From an uncultured Eubacteriales bacterium (GTDB lineage: Bacteria > Bacillota > Clostridia > Oscillospirales > CAG-272): 64,000 bases of DNA. The DNA is taken from NCBI GenBank assembly GCA_905205065.1, contig CAJLCI010000005.1, forward strand, positions 1,813 to 65,812. Reading direction: 5' to 3'. Below are positions 7,426 to 16,183 of this stretch, piece by piece. The notes beneath the pieces are model-generated. The model was not told where the DNA came from. It worked only from the letters and a program-made list of their open reading frames with translations, and ran no database searches. The translations under genes and the position numbers were made by a program. Position 1 is the stretch's first letter; each line of letters starts with the position of its first letter.

Positions 7426-8475
7426 TCACATGGAAAGAGCAGGCCCGGAGTCTTGGCTCCAGTCCTGCTCGTCCTCACTTACATGAATCATTTTTGCCTG
7501 CCCCATGGGTGTCTGATGGAACACAGTACTGTCTGTACAGCAGTTCGTCCAGTCGGTCTGTTCCATGCGGCAGCTCTGGATCAGTGCGCCGGAAAAGTTG
7601 CTGTGGGTAAAGATGGCTCCCCGGAAGGTGCAGCCATCAGCCACCATCTTTTTAAAGCATGTTTCCTCAGCAGTGACGCCCTTGAGATCACAGGAGAACA
7701 AGGTTGCCTCAGTAAAATCAGAGAAGCACAGCTCCGTCTGCGCCAGATTCGTTTCATACATTCTGGCTCCTGCGAAGATGGCGCTGTTCAGATTCCGATG
7801 GCTCAGATTCAGTCCGGACAGATCGTATCCGGAGAAGTCAGCCTGTTCGCCGCCTGCATCGTGAAGCCAGAGGACATGTTTGGCGCAAATCACATCGACG
7901 TCCTCCTGGCTGAGCCGGGGAAGTTCTTTTTCTTCATGAGCATATTCCGGGTTCAGCTTGATGCACAGCTCATCGCCCAGGTCATCCAGATACGCAATCT
8001 CCGGGCGATCCTCCAGCATTCCAACGAGAAGCTGGGTTTCAACTTTATCCAATGCCATCTCATCTGTCAGTATCCGGTACATTCCGCTCTGCTGGTCGAT
8101 GATGGCTTTTTGTGTGTATTGTTCCGCCATTTCCGCCATCTCCTGATTGAATTTTGCTATTGTAGGGTACTGATCCAGAAGATAAAGTTGGCGGGCCTTG
8201 GGAAGAAAAGCATGGTAGCGGGCATAGTCATAGCCTTCTGCGTCAACGAGGATACCATCCTCCTGGTTTTCTCCCAGCACCAACAGGCAGTGCCGGGTTC
8301 CGTCCGCATCCTGACGCATGGCTCCACGGTGTTTGGAAATAAAATCATATTCTGCCAGCGGTGATTGATAGAAGCGGGCATACTCGCTTTCGGAAAGTTC
8401 CACAACCTTTTCTACCATACAATGCTGAGAGCGGATTTTTTCATCCTTTCGATGGAAAAATGCATAGAGATCCAT
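7426..8475 (-). CDS. Pentapeptide-repeat protein with N-terminal unknown domain
   Basis: The C-terminal ~120 aa is tandem A(D/N)LxX-type pentapeptides: ADFSGYDLSGLNLSHRNLNSAIFAGARMYETNLAQTELCFSDFTEATLFSCDLKGV... Confidence 0.75.
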   Translation of the reverse strand: MDLYAFFHRKDEKIRSQHCMVEKVVELSESEYARFYQSPLAEYDFISKHRGAMRQDADGTRHCLLVLGENQEDGILVDAEGYDYARYHAFLPKARQLYLLDQYPTIAKFNQEMAEMAEQYTQKAIIDQQSGMYRILTDEMALDKVETQLLVGMLEDRPEIAYLDDLGDELCIKLNPEYAHEEKELPRLSQEDVDVICAKHVLWLHDAGGEQADFSGYDLSGLNLSHRNLNSAIFAGARMYETNLAQTELCFSDFTEATLFSCDLKGVTAEETCFKKMVADGCTFRGAIFTHSNFSGALIQSCRMEQTDWTNCCTDSTVFHQTPMGQAKMIHVSEDEQDWSQDSGPALSM

Positions 8476-8489
8476 TCCTGTTACCTCCT

Positions 8490-8915
8490 TTAGCGCATAA
8501 CAAGATTCGATGCCATATCCTCGGTCTGCTCCTTGGCTGCGTCCGGTTCTGATGGATTCTCTGGTACGCCTGCATTCCCCTGGGGGAGATGGGCATCGTA
8601 GATATTACAGCCCAGCAGAGAGAATACACTCCCCATACCGGATGAGCCGCCCTGATTACAGGCCGGACAGTATTCCAGATGGTAAGACATTTCAATATGA
8701 TCCTCCGTCATGATCAGCTCGTTGATTTTTTCTTCCTGCTTTAATGCGATCAGCATCAGCCTTCCGGCATCGCTGTCAGCAGAGAGATTGATCCCAAACC
8801 GTTCCCGGATTTCCTGAAAACTTATTGACCATGTTCCTGTGGTAGTGCTTTGGATTCCTCCCTGGACGAGCGCATCCGCAATCTCTTTAAGAGTGAATTG
8901 TTTTTTCTTATTCAT
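8490..8915 (-). CDS. hypothetical ICE protein
   Basis: 141-aa ORF in the operon; no motif recognised. Confidence 0.5.
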   Translation of the reverse strand: MNKKKQFTLKEIADALVQGGIQSTTTGTWSISFQEIRERFGINLSADSDAGRLMLIALKQEEKINELIMTEDHIEMSYHLEYCPACNQGGSSGMGSVFSLLGCNIYDAHLPQGNAGVPENPSEPDAAKEQTEDMASNLVMR

Positions 8916-8933
8916 GTGGTTTGCTCCATTTCT

Positions 8934-9356
8934 TTACATTTGAAATTGGATATCTTCGCTATTAACATCACTATCATTTTCAGGAATGTCGTTAGGATAC
9001 TGACCATCTTCAAGCGTTCCTTCTCGTTCCATCTGTTCGATATCAGAAAGGTTCCCTCCATTGGCGAGATGCTCCGCAGCCAATCTCATTTCCCAAGGGA
9101 AGGGGCAGGCCGGAATATCCGCAAGGGAAATGATTTGTCCTGCAATTTCATCCCCGTGTCGTTCCTGGATTTTTTGGAGCTGCCGGGAGAACTCCTGAAG
9201 GAAATTTTCCGCTGTTTTATATGCGCCTTTCGGTAATTCATATCCGCTGCTATCCATTCCTTCCAATTCTTTCGCCCATTCCAACCATCTTGCTGCAGTA
9301 GCGTCGCTGCCAGGACGGATGGAATTCAAATAGGCAGTAAAATCTTCATATCTCAT
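8934..9356 (-). CDS. hypothetical acidic ICE protein
   Basis: 140-aa ORF with a strongly acidic C-terminal third (EDGQYPNDIPENDSDVNSEDIQ). Confidence 0.5.
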   Translation of the reverse strand: MRYEDFTAYLNSIRPGSDATAARWLEWAKELEGMDSSGYELPKGAYKTAENFLQEFSRQLQKIQERHGDEIAGQIISLADIPACPFPWEMRLAAEHLANGGNLSDIEQMEREGTLEDGQYPNDIPENDSDVNSEDIQFQM

Positions 9357-9368
9357 TTTGCTTCTTCC

Positions 9369-9590
9369 TTACATCCGTACTCGAAGCCCCGCAAGATGAT
9401 CCGTTTTTACACCGACCAGGTACCATCGGTCACTCATCTCAATGCGGGTAGGCACCCATCGGCTGCCGATGAGGACATCAAAGCATTCCCCGCAGTGAAG
9501 TCCGCCATAGTAATGTTCCAAGGAGAAGCGGATATCATATCGTCCGCTTTCCTCATCGTAAACCAGAGTTCCATGTCTTTTTCGATCCAT
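9369..9590 (-). CDS. small conserved ICE protein (DUF5348-like)
   Basis: 73 aa; GRYDIRF...LHCGECFDVLIGSRWVPTRIEMSDRWYLVG resembles the DUF5348 family seen in Firmicutes mobile elements (from memory). Confidence 0.5.
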   Translation of the reverse strand: MDRKRHGTLVYDEESGRYDIRFSLEHYYGGLHCGECFDVLIGSRWVPTRIEMSDRWYLVGVKTDHLAGLRVRM

Positions 9591-9599
9591 AACATCCTC

Positions 9600-10550
9600 C
9601 TATTGTGTTGGTGTTTCATTGCTACTGTTATCAGTTTCACCGCCCACCTGCAGAACGCCATAGCCCAGGATTTCATAATAGCCCACGCTGTAGGAGCGCT
9701 CCCGGCAGGCATCCCCGGAGTTTCCTTCGATGGTGTGGACGGTTCCATTCTCCACGCTGGCTACAATTCCCACATGGTCGGACACGCCATCCTGCCCATT
9801 GTCCGCCCAATCAAAGAAGATAATCATGCCGGGGGAAGGTGTTTCTGTTCCCGCCAGCCATTGGTTCCTTTGCTGGAACCAATTGACGCCATCGGAGCAG
9901 AGGGAGAACTTCGGGCAGATACCACGGTCAATGTAGCCGCACTGATCGGCGCACCAGGAGACGAAACAAGCGCACCATTCCACACGGGATTCGAATCCGT
10001 ACCAGCTCCAGTAGGGCTGCCCGCCTTCGTTGCCAAGCTGAGACTGGGCCACGGAGACGATCTCTTGATTGACGCCCACGATGAGCTGGGTAAACTCTGC
10101 CGCATCAATGTCCGTTCCGAAGGCGGCGTTGACGGCAGCAATAAGCTGCTCGTCTGTCTGATCCGGCGCGAAGCAGCCCACCAGCTTATTCACGAAATCT
10201 GAATCAAAGGAAAATTCATAGAGGGCGGTCACATACAGCACCTGGGCCTCCCGCACCTTCTGCCAGTCATAACCGGCGGCGGTCATGGCATCCTCGATGG
10301 CATACATCGTGTCCTCCACGCCTTGGAGCTTGGCGATTTCCTCGGCAGAGAGGTTCTGTTCCACCATCTGCTGAAGCTCGGCGGTATCGAATTCAATGGT
10401 TCCATTGAAGATGGACACGATGGCCACGATAGGCATGACAATGATGATAATGATCCCCAGGACGATCCCGCCCACCACCTTGAGTACCTTTTTATCTGTG
10501 AGAAGGGATACGGCAATCTTTTTGAGCGCCGCACCCACAGTGGCGCTCAT
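9600..10550 (-). CDS. Membrane-anchored CHAP-domain peptidoglycan hydrolase (T4SS cell-wall hydrolase)
   Basis: N-terminal TM helix (VVGGIVLGIIIIIVMPIVAIVSIF). C-terminal CHAP with catalytic Cys in VEWCACFVSWC and His in SDHVGIV. Overlaps the VirB4 stop by 4 nt. Confidence 0.8.
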   Translation of the reverse strand: MSATVGAALKKIAVSLLTDKKVLKVVGGIVLGIIIIIVMPIVAIVSIFNGTIEFDTAELQQMVEQNLSAEEIAKLQGVEDTMYAIEDAMTAAGYDWQKVREAQVLYVTALYEFSFDSDFVNKLVGCFAPDQTDEQLIAAVNAAFGTDIDAAEFTQLIVGVNQEIVSVAQSQLGNEGGQPYWSWYGFESRVEWCACFVSWCADQCGYIDRGICPKFSLCSDGVNWFQQRNQWLAGTETPSPGMIIFFDWADNGQDGVSDHVGIVASVENGTVHTIEGNSGDACRERSYSVGYYEILGYGVLQVGGETDNSSNETPTQ

Positions 10551-12382
10551 CGGCCTCCGGCCTTTCCGAAGATGGCCGATTTATAATCCGGCGCAATGAC
10601 CTGTAAAAGATACCGCTCAATCCCGCACCGGTACAGGCAGGTGCCTCGCTCCGGATATTTGATCAGTTCAAACTCCGATGGCTCCACCTGGAGGGCATCC
10701 ATAAACTCTGCCGGGTTGATCTGGCCGGGGTTAAAGAGGAACTGATGGGTGGGGATGGAAAACAGCGGTTTCGTCATCTCGCAGACCTCCGGCATCAGGA
10801 AGTCATTGATGTTCTGGCTGGCGATGATGATCGCTGACTCCTTCTTCCGGACACGCTTCATGGCGTTTCGGATATACTCGATGGAGGTCAGGTTGGTCAA
10901 GTACATATACAGCTCGTCGATGGCGGCTGCGGTATTTCCTTTGCCCAGGAGCTGGTTGGACATAAAGGAAAGCAGATTGAAGAGCATGGCATCCTTCAGC
11001 CTGCGGTTGGTATCCATCAGCCCCTTCACGCCAAAGCACAGGAAGGCATCGTCCGTGATGTTGGTGTAGCCATTGAAATACTTGCTTTCCGATCCCACGC
11101 ACATGGAGTGGATGCCAAGGCATACCTGCTGGAGGGTTTCCTCTGTGTACAGGTACTTCCGCTGCTTGTCGTAGGTCATGAATTCTTCCTCGCACAGCTT
11201 ATAGAAGTCCTCCATGATAGGAAAATCCGTAGGCTTTTTGGCGCTGTAGTCCGTGCTGTCGGTAATGCCGAACCGAGCATACAGCTTGGCCAGCAGGATC
11301 TCAATGGTGTCGATCTGCACATCCGTGAAATCCTTATAGGCCCGGAAGAAGTCCTTCAGGTAGGCGATGTGCTGGGAGAGCCTGGTCACTTTCCGGAAGG
11401 CCAGCGGTGTGGTAGCGTCGATCTCGCCTTCCGTACCATCGCCCCATGCCTTTGGCTCTAAGGGATTGACGATGTACTCACCGCTCATAAAATCGATGTA
11501 GCAGCCGCCCAAGGCCTCCGTCAGTTCCTCGTATTCTGCCTCCACATCTAAGGCGATGACCAGCTTTCCTGCCTCCCTTAAGTTGGTCAGGATCAGCTTT
11601 AAAAGATAGGATTTCCCCTGGCCGGAGTTGCCAAGGATCAGGATATTGCTGGTGGTCTTATCCTCGCTGCGCCGGTCAAAGTCCACCAGGATATTGGTGC
11701 CATACTTATCCCGGCCCAGGTAGATACCACGGGGATCGGTCTTTCCAGAAAAGTTAAAGGGGTACAGGTTGGCTACGGAGCTGGCGGGCAGCACACGCTC
11801 GAACTGCGCCCCGAACTGATTGGCCCCCACAGGCAGAACAGAAAGATATCCTTCCTTCTGCCGGAGGGTGAGCCGGTCAACCGTGATCTTGGAGCGAGTC
11901 AGCTCCATGGCGATCTCTGACTGCAGCTCCTTTAAGGCATCCATGCCCTTGGCTTTCAGCTCAATGAACACGGAGCAATGGAGAAGCGGTTCCTTGTTTT
12001 TCCGAAGGTTGGCCAGAAGCTCAACCACATCCTGAAGATTTCCTTCGGCTTCAATGGTTTCATTCACATCGCTGCCGGTACTCATCAGCTTGTTCTTCCG
12101 GGTGGCGTTCTGCAGGATCTTCCTCTGTTCCATGGCCTCCACCAGCCGGTGGTAGATCCGAAGCGTTACGCCATTGCGGTCAGCAAGCTGGGAAAGGATG
12201 GCCTGTTCCTCGGTGGAAGGCGGGTATTCCCGGATGGCCCACACACAGCGGTAACTGTCTCCAACGATATAGTGGTCGGAAAGGAACTTGATGGTACCCG
12301 GCAGGATGCAGTCGAAGAAGTCCTTGGTGCGGATTTCCTCCATCTGCTCCGGTGTCAGCACCTTGGGTTTTCGTTTGAACAT
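10547..12382 (-). CDS. VirB4/TrsE-like conjugative T4SS ATPase
   Basis: Walker A GNSGQGKSYLLK, Walker B-like LVIALDVEAEY, IIIASQN motif. The 611-aa size and the position next to PrgI-like and CHAP genes fit. Confidence 0.85.
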   Translation of the reverse strand: MFKRKPKVLTPEQMEEIRTKDFFDCILPGTIKFLSDHYIVGDSYRCVWAIREYPPSTEEQAILSQLADRNGVTLRIYHRLVEAMEQRKILQNATRKNKLMSTGSDVNETIEAEGNLQDVVELLANLRKNKEPLLHCSVFIELKAKGMDALKELQSEIAMELTRSKITVDRLTLRQKEGYLSVLPVGANQFGAQFERVLPASSVANLYPFNFSGKTDPRGIYLGRDKYGTNILVDFDRRSEDKTTSNILILGNSGQGKSYLLKLILTNLREAGKLVIALDVEAEYEELTEALGGCYIDFMSGEYIVNPLEPKAWGDGTEGEIDATTPLAFRKVTRLSQHIAYLKDFFRAYKDFTDVQIDTIEILLAKLYARFGITDSTDYSAKKPTDFPIMEDFYKLCEEEFMTYDKQRKYLYTEETLQQVCLGIHSMCVGSESKYFNGYTNITDDAFLCFGVKGLMDTNRRLKDAMLFNLLSFMSNQLLGKGNTAAAIDELYMYLTNLTSIEYIRNAMKRVRKKESAIIIASQNINDFLMPEVCEMTKPLFSIPTHQFLFNPGQINPAEFMDALQVEPSEFELIKYPERGTCLYRCGIERYLLQVIAPDYKSAIFGKAGGR

Positions 12383-12469
12383 TTCTTACCTCCTTGCCGC
12401 CGCTTTGCACCGGCAAGGGGATCAGAAAAGGCCGCTTTGCCTGATGCAAAACGACCGATAGTTGATTGG

Positions 12470-13252
12470 TTATTCCGTTTTCGTAGCCACAATGAGCAGA
12501 CGCCCATCCCCGCCGGACGAACCATAACAGGTGGACAGGGTGAGGAGCTGCTGGCCATATGTCGGGATGATCCCGGTGTCATAGAGGGCACACTCCCTGG
12601 CATAGCGGATCTGGTGCAGGAAATCCGTTTCCGTATCCACGGTAAGGAAACGGTACCAGGCATCCTCCTTCTGCACCTTCATCACGGAAAAAATGGTATA
12701 GAGTGCTTTGCCAGCGGCAGTTTCCAACTCAATGGTGGGATGCTCGGCATAGTAACTGGCGTCCGTATAGTTTTTCAGGCTCCCGAACATGGTGCCATTC
12801 TTCATGTTGTGGCCATAGATGATTAAGTTGGCGCTCTCCAGGCTGCACCGGCCATCCAGGAAGGGGACGCCATTTATGCTGTACGCCCCATAGAAATCCT
12901 TTCGAAGATATTTCTCAGAATCCTCCGGGGTGTGCATCAGCGGATAGTCCACCGCTGTGCCGGGGATGCAGATCCAGCCGATGCAGTCTGCGTTCTGCTC
13001 GAACAGTAAAGAGAGATTTCTCTGTTCCTCCTGCGGCTCCTGGGCTTCTGTGGATTCCGCCGGCGCAGAGGATTCCGCCTGTGGTTCCTCCGGATCTTCC
13101 GGCGCAGTGACCAGATCCGCCAGATCCTCGAAGGTATCCTGCGCCTGTTTCTGCCGCCACAGGTCATGGCCTGCCATGAAAACCGACAGCAGAACAAGAA
13201 AAACCAGGACAGTGCCGATGACCGCCCTGGGAATTTTAGGTTTCTTCTTCAT
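12470..13252 (-). CDS. Sortase (class B-like) encoded inside the T4SS operon
   Basis: Active-site TLSTC (LLTLSTCY), catalytic His in IIYGHNM, N-terminal membrane anchor. The start is moved to ATG 13252 (MKKKPKIPRAV...); the track start is 13309. Confidence 0.8.
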   Translation of the reverse strand: MKKKPKIPRAVIGTVLVFLVLLSVFMAGHDLWRQKQAQDTFEDLADLVTAPEDPEEPQAESSAPAESTEAQEPQEEQRNLSLLFEQNADCIGWICIPGTAVDYPLMHTPEDSEKYLRKDFYGAYSINGVPFLDGRCSLESANLIIYGHNMKNGTMFGSLKNYTDASYYAEHPTIELETAAGKALYTIFSVMKVQKEDAWYRFLTVDTETDFLHQIRYARECALYDTGIIPTYGQQLLTLSTCYGSSGGDGRLLIVATKTE

Positions 13253-13865
13253 CGGAATCCTCCCCGTCAAAGAACTGCTCCCCATCCGTATCCGGCATCT
13301 GATCCCCATTCATGGATGCTTCAAAGTAGACCGCCAGGAAGCGTTTGATCTCCGCTTTCTTCATCCGATGGGTTTCAAAGCCCTGTTCCGAGACCACCTT
13401 TTCGATCCGGTTGGCAGTATTAAATACCTGTTCCGGCTTCAGATTTCGGCAGCGGCCAATGAGCAGGAACTGTCTGGCGGTAGCCATTTCCGTCTGGATA
13501 TCATCCAGGAAATCAATATCCTTTTTGATGATCTTCCGTACCTTGGGATTGGTTTCTTCCTCAAGCCGGGCCTGCAGATAGGTCTTATTGTCATCGAAGC
13601 ACTCGCAGGAGTCGGTACAGGTGATCTCGATATCCGGCACGGCGGACAGCACCATCATCAGGTGATGGATCTTGATCTCGATATTGGCCCTGGACAGCAC
13701 GGAGATATTGGTGGGCGCAATCATATAAAATAAAAGTTCATATTTCCCCACCGCAAGCCCATACTTGGTAAAGGTCTTGATGCCGAGAAGCTCCTGGGTG
13801 GAGCGTCCTTTTTTCTTTTTCTGGCGGGTTCCTTTTTCCTTCTTCGCCACAGGGATCACCTCCAT
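13236..13865 (-). CDS. hypothetical conjugation protein (resembles the extra N-terminal region of long Gram-positive VirB4-type ATPases)
   Basis: Lys-rich N-terminus followed by LLGIKTFTKYGL...ELLFYMIAPTNISVLS. Acidic tail overlaps the sortase start. Located between the PrgI-like gene and sortase/VirB4. An alternative GTG start at 13850 has GGAGG upstream. Confidence 0.45.
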   Translation of the reverse strand: MEVIPVAKKEKGTRQKKKKGRSTQELLGIKTFTKYGLAVGKYELLFYMIAPTNISVLSRANIEIKIHHLMMVLSAVPDIEITCTDSCECFDDNKTYLQARLEEETNPKVRKIIKKDIDFLDDIQTEMATARQFLLIGRCRNLKPEQVFNTANRIEKVVSEQGFETHRMKKAEIKRFLAVYFEASMNGDQMPDTDGEQFFDGEDSDEEET

Positions 13866-14116
13866 TCAAAGTATTGCTGGGTAGAAATAAAGTAACGTAC
13901 CGCATACCGCATAAAGTCCAGGACAGTGGTATCATCCATCCGGATGCTTAAGAATCCAAAGCACAGGGTAACCGCAGCCGGGACAAAAAAGCCGAGCTGC
14001 ACCAGAGCCAGCACCGACAGCAGTGTTGCGATACACAGGATGGCAAAATCCCGCAGCCCCCACAGCCACAGGTTGGCGGTAGCTTTTAAGTTTTGCGGGT
14101 AAAGATAGGTTGTCAT
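13856..14116 (-). CDS. PrgI/VirB3-like small T4SS membrane protein
   Basis: 86 aa with two hydrophobic helices (ILCIATLLSVLALVQLGFFVPAAVTLCFGFL); lies directly upstream of the VirB4-related genes. Confidence 0.6.
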   Translation of the reverse strand: MTTYLYPQNLKATANLWLWGLRDFAILCIATLLSVLALVQLGFFVPAAVTLCFGFLSIRMDDTTVLDFMRYAVRYFISTQQYFEWR

Positions 14117-14490
14117 GAAATTCCTCCCTTCATCGTCATGTCATCATCCTGGACATATTCCAACAGGGAACAGCCATGATGTTTCTGGCAGCATTCCTCC
14201 ATCATATCGATGAGAAGCTGTTTTTCTTTCTCTGTGGGATGATACGCATGCCATTCACTCCCGTCCAGACGGTCAATTTGATATTCTGCCAGAAGTTCCC
14301 CGGATTCCGTATTGTATTTGGCATAGAAATTGATCCATGTCTCCGCATCGTCCACAGTGTGGGTGCCAAACTTCCGATCCACATCGAACCAGGTTTCCAC
14401 ATAGGCAGTGACGATACAGCCATCATCATCTATCTCCATATCCGGATCGATCACAAGATCATCCCGTGTCAGCTCCCCTGTTTCCGTCAT
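14113..14490 (-). CDS. hypothetical very acidic ICE protein
   Basis: 125 aa, rich in D/E (DLVIDPDMEIDDDG...); 4-nt overlaps with neighbours. Confidence 0.5.
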   Translation of the reverse strand: MTETGELTRDDLVIDPDMEIDDDGCIVTAYVETWFDVDRKFGTHTVDDAETWINFYAKYNTESGELLAEYQIDRLDGSEWHAYHPTEKEKQLLIDMMEECCQKHHGCSLLEYVQDDDMTMKGGIS

Positions 14491-14729
14491 AGTGTTTTCT
14501 CCTTAATCGCCTCTGCTTTTTCCAGCAGATCATCCTGCAACCTTCCGGGCGGCACATAGCCCGCCATTTCTTTTAGGGCTTCTTCATCCTCCCACAAATG
14601 GAAGATGGTCAGATATCCTTGCACGAAGCGATCCAGTCCGGCCTGTTTGGTAGACAGATGTTTCCCCTGGCAGACCGCCGCCATCTTTCGGATGCTGGCC
14701 ACAGCTTCTGGTTTGATTTTCATACTCAT
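14487..14729 (-). CDS. hypothetical small ICE protein
   Basis: 80-aa ORF, translationally coupled to the downstream gene. Confidence 0.45.
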   Translation of the reverse strand: MSMKIKPEAVASIRKMAAVCQGKHLSTKQAGLDRFVQGYLTIFHLWEDEEALKEMAGYVPPGRLQDDLLEKAEAIKEKTL

Positions 14730-14741
14730 ACGTTTTCCTCC

Positions 14742-15689
14742 TTATCTTACGGAACGGGCAAGCCCCCTGGTCAGGTTGACTGCTGTGGTGGTAGCATGAA
14801 CCACGCTCATGACGTTGACACGCACCGAGCTGTCCAGGCCGAACTGCTGGGCAATCCGAGGCACCTCGTTGGCCGCCAGCATGATACCAAGCCCCAGGAG
14901 CATATTTCCGGGAAAGGTCAAAAGCCCTAAGAACAGGAGTGTGGTCTGCATAAAGGAGGTCAGGCACAGGGCCGCCACCTGCCGCATCCACTGCACAAAG
15001 CCATCCGTATAGCCTCTGGGAACGCTGAACATATACAATGCGCCCACGGACATCTGGATCAGCAGGATGCCGCCGCGTTTGATGTTGGCAAAGAAAATCT
15101 TGATCACACAGTAGGCGAATGCGATTAACGCCAGGATATTGAACAAGTTAAAATTTAAGGTTGCAGTTACCGCAAAGGAACCTTCCAATACGCTGGTGCT
15201 TTCCCCGGCCAGCCCCAGGCTCTGCTGTCCGGCAAAGATCCGAGTGAGATCCCCGGAGAAAGTGTTCTGCAGGCTGATGCAGAACTTATATAGCTCAATG
15301 GGTACCACGCCGATCAGGGAGCAGGCAAAGAAGCCTTTCAGTACGTTGATGGCGGCGGATTTGATGTCGGCCCGCCCATGCTGGTACTCGATGGCTACAT
15401 CGAACACCGCCACCACTACGCCTGCTACAAAGAGCGCCCAGCCAAACAGGGTAAAGAGTTCTACGGTAGCCTTTACCCAATCCAGATCGAAGATCTCGGC
15501 TCCCATATTTCCCATCATGGTAAAGAACTGCGCCACCGCATCATAAATGGTGGTGTAGAACCATTGGAGCATGGTATCCCAAATCACGTTGGAGATCTGC
15601 TCACCGAGGAAACTGAACACGCTGCCAATGGCGTCGCCAATCCCGCCGATGAGGTCACCTAACCAATCAAATATTGTAATCACCTCCAA
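14742..15689 (-). CDS. VirB6/TrbL-like polytopic T4SS membrane protein
   Basis: 315 aa with at least six long hydrophobic segments, in a T4SS context. Confidence 0.65.
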   Translation of the reverse strand: MEVITIFDWLGDLIGGIGDAIGSVFSFLGEQISNVIWDTMLQWFYTTIYDAVAQFFTMMGNMGAEIFDLDWVKATVELFTLFGWALFVAGVVVAVFDVAIEYQHGRADIKSAAINVLKGFFACSLIGVVPIELYKFCISLQNTFSGDLTRIFAGQQSLGLAGESTSVLEGSFAVTATLNFNLFNILALIAFAYCVIKIFFANIKRGGILLIQMSVGALYMFSVPRGYTDGFVQWMRQVAALCLTSFMQTTLLFLGLLTFPGNMLLGLGIMLAANEVPRIAQQFGLDSSVRVNVMSVVHATTTAVNLTRGLARSVR

Positions 15690-15748
15690 AGGGAAAGGCT
15701 GCTTTTACTGATCCGGCAGCCTTCCCGCCATGTTGTCTGTTTTTGAAC

Positions 15749-16183
15749 TTACATTCCCGGCCCGGTCATACCGATGGATTCGTCCTGATACATTCCCACA
15801 TAGTCAAGGATCGTATCCGCGATCTGTGTCCGGTCTGCCTGGGTAATGGGAAGATACCAAGAGGGCTTGCCATCGTATTCCCATATGTGCGGTTCGATGG
15901 CATCCCTTCCATTTCGGAGCTGTTTTCCAATGATATCAGAAAAGCGGAAAAGCTGCTGATCCACCACGCCATCGGTCCGGTTGATGATGGACAGCTTGAT
16001 GGCATCGTATTGGTCTATGATGCCAGTGGTCGTAAGCTGCAGCTTTACCCTCAGATCCTCATCCAGCCGGGCCTGACAGGTTCTCCCACAGAAGTGGGCA
16101 TCCTGTAAAAGTTCACTGTTTCCAAAGAAATCCCGCATTTCCTTTTCGTAAAAATTCATGCTGTTTCCTTTCTGCCTTTTCAC
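15749..16183 (-). CDS. hypothetical ICE protein
   Basis: 144-aa ORF. The track start is a GTG overlapping the upstream stop; an ATG at 16159 (MNFYEKEM) is an alternative. Confidence 0.5.
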   Translation of the reverse strand: MKRQKGNSMNFYEKEMRDFFGNSELLQDAHFCGRTCQARLDEDLRVKLQLTTTGIIDQYDAIKLSIINRTDGVVDQQLFRFSDIIGKQLRNGRDAIEPHIWEYDGKPSWYLPITQADRTQIADTILDYVGMYQDESIGMTGPGM

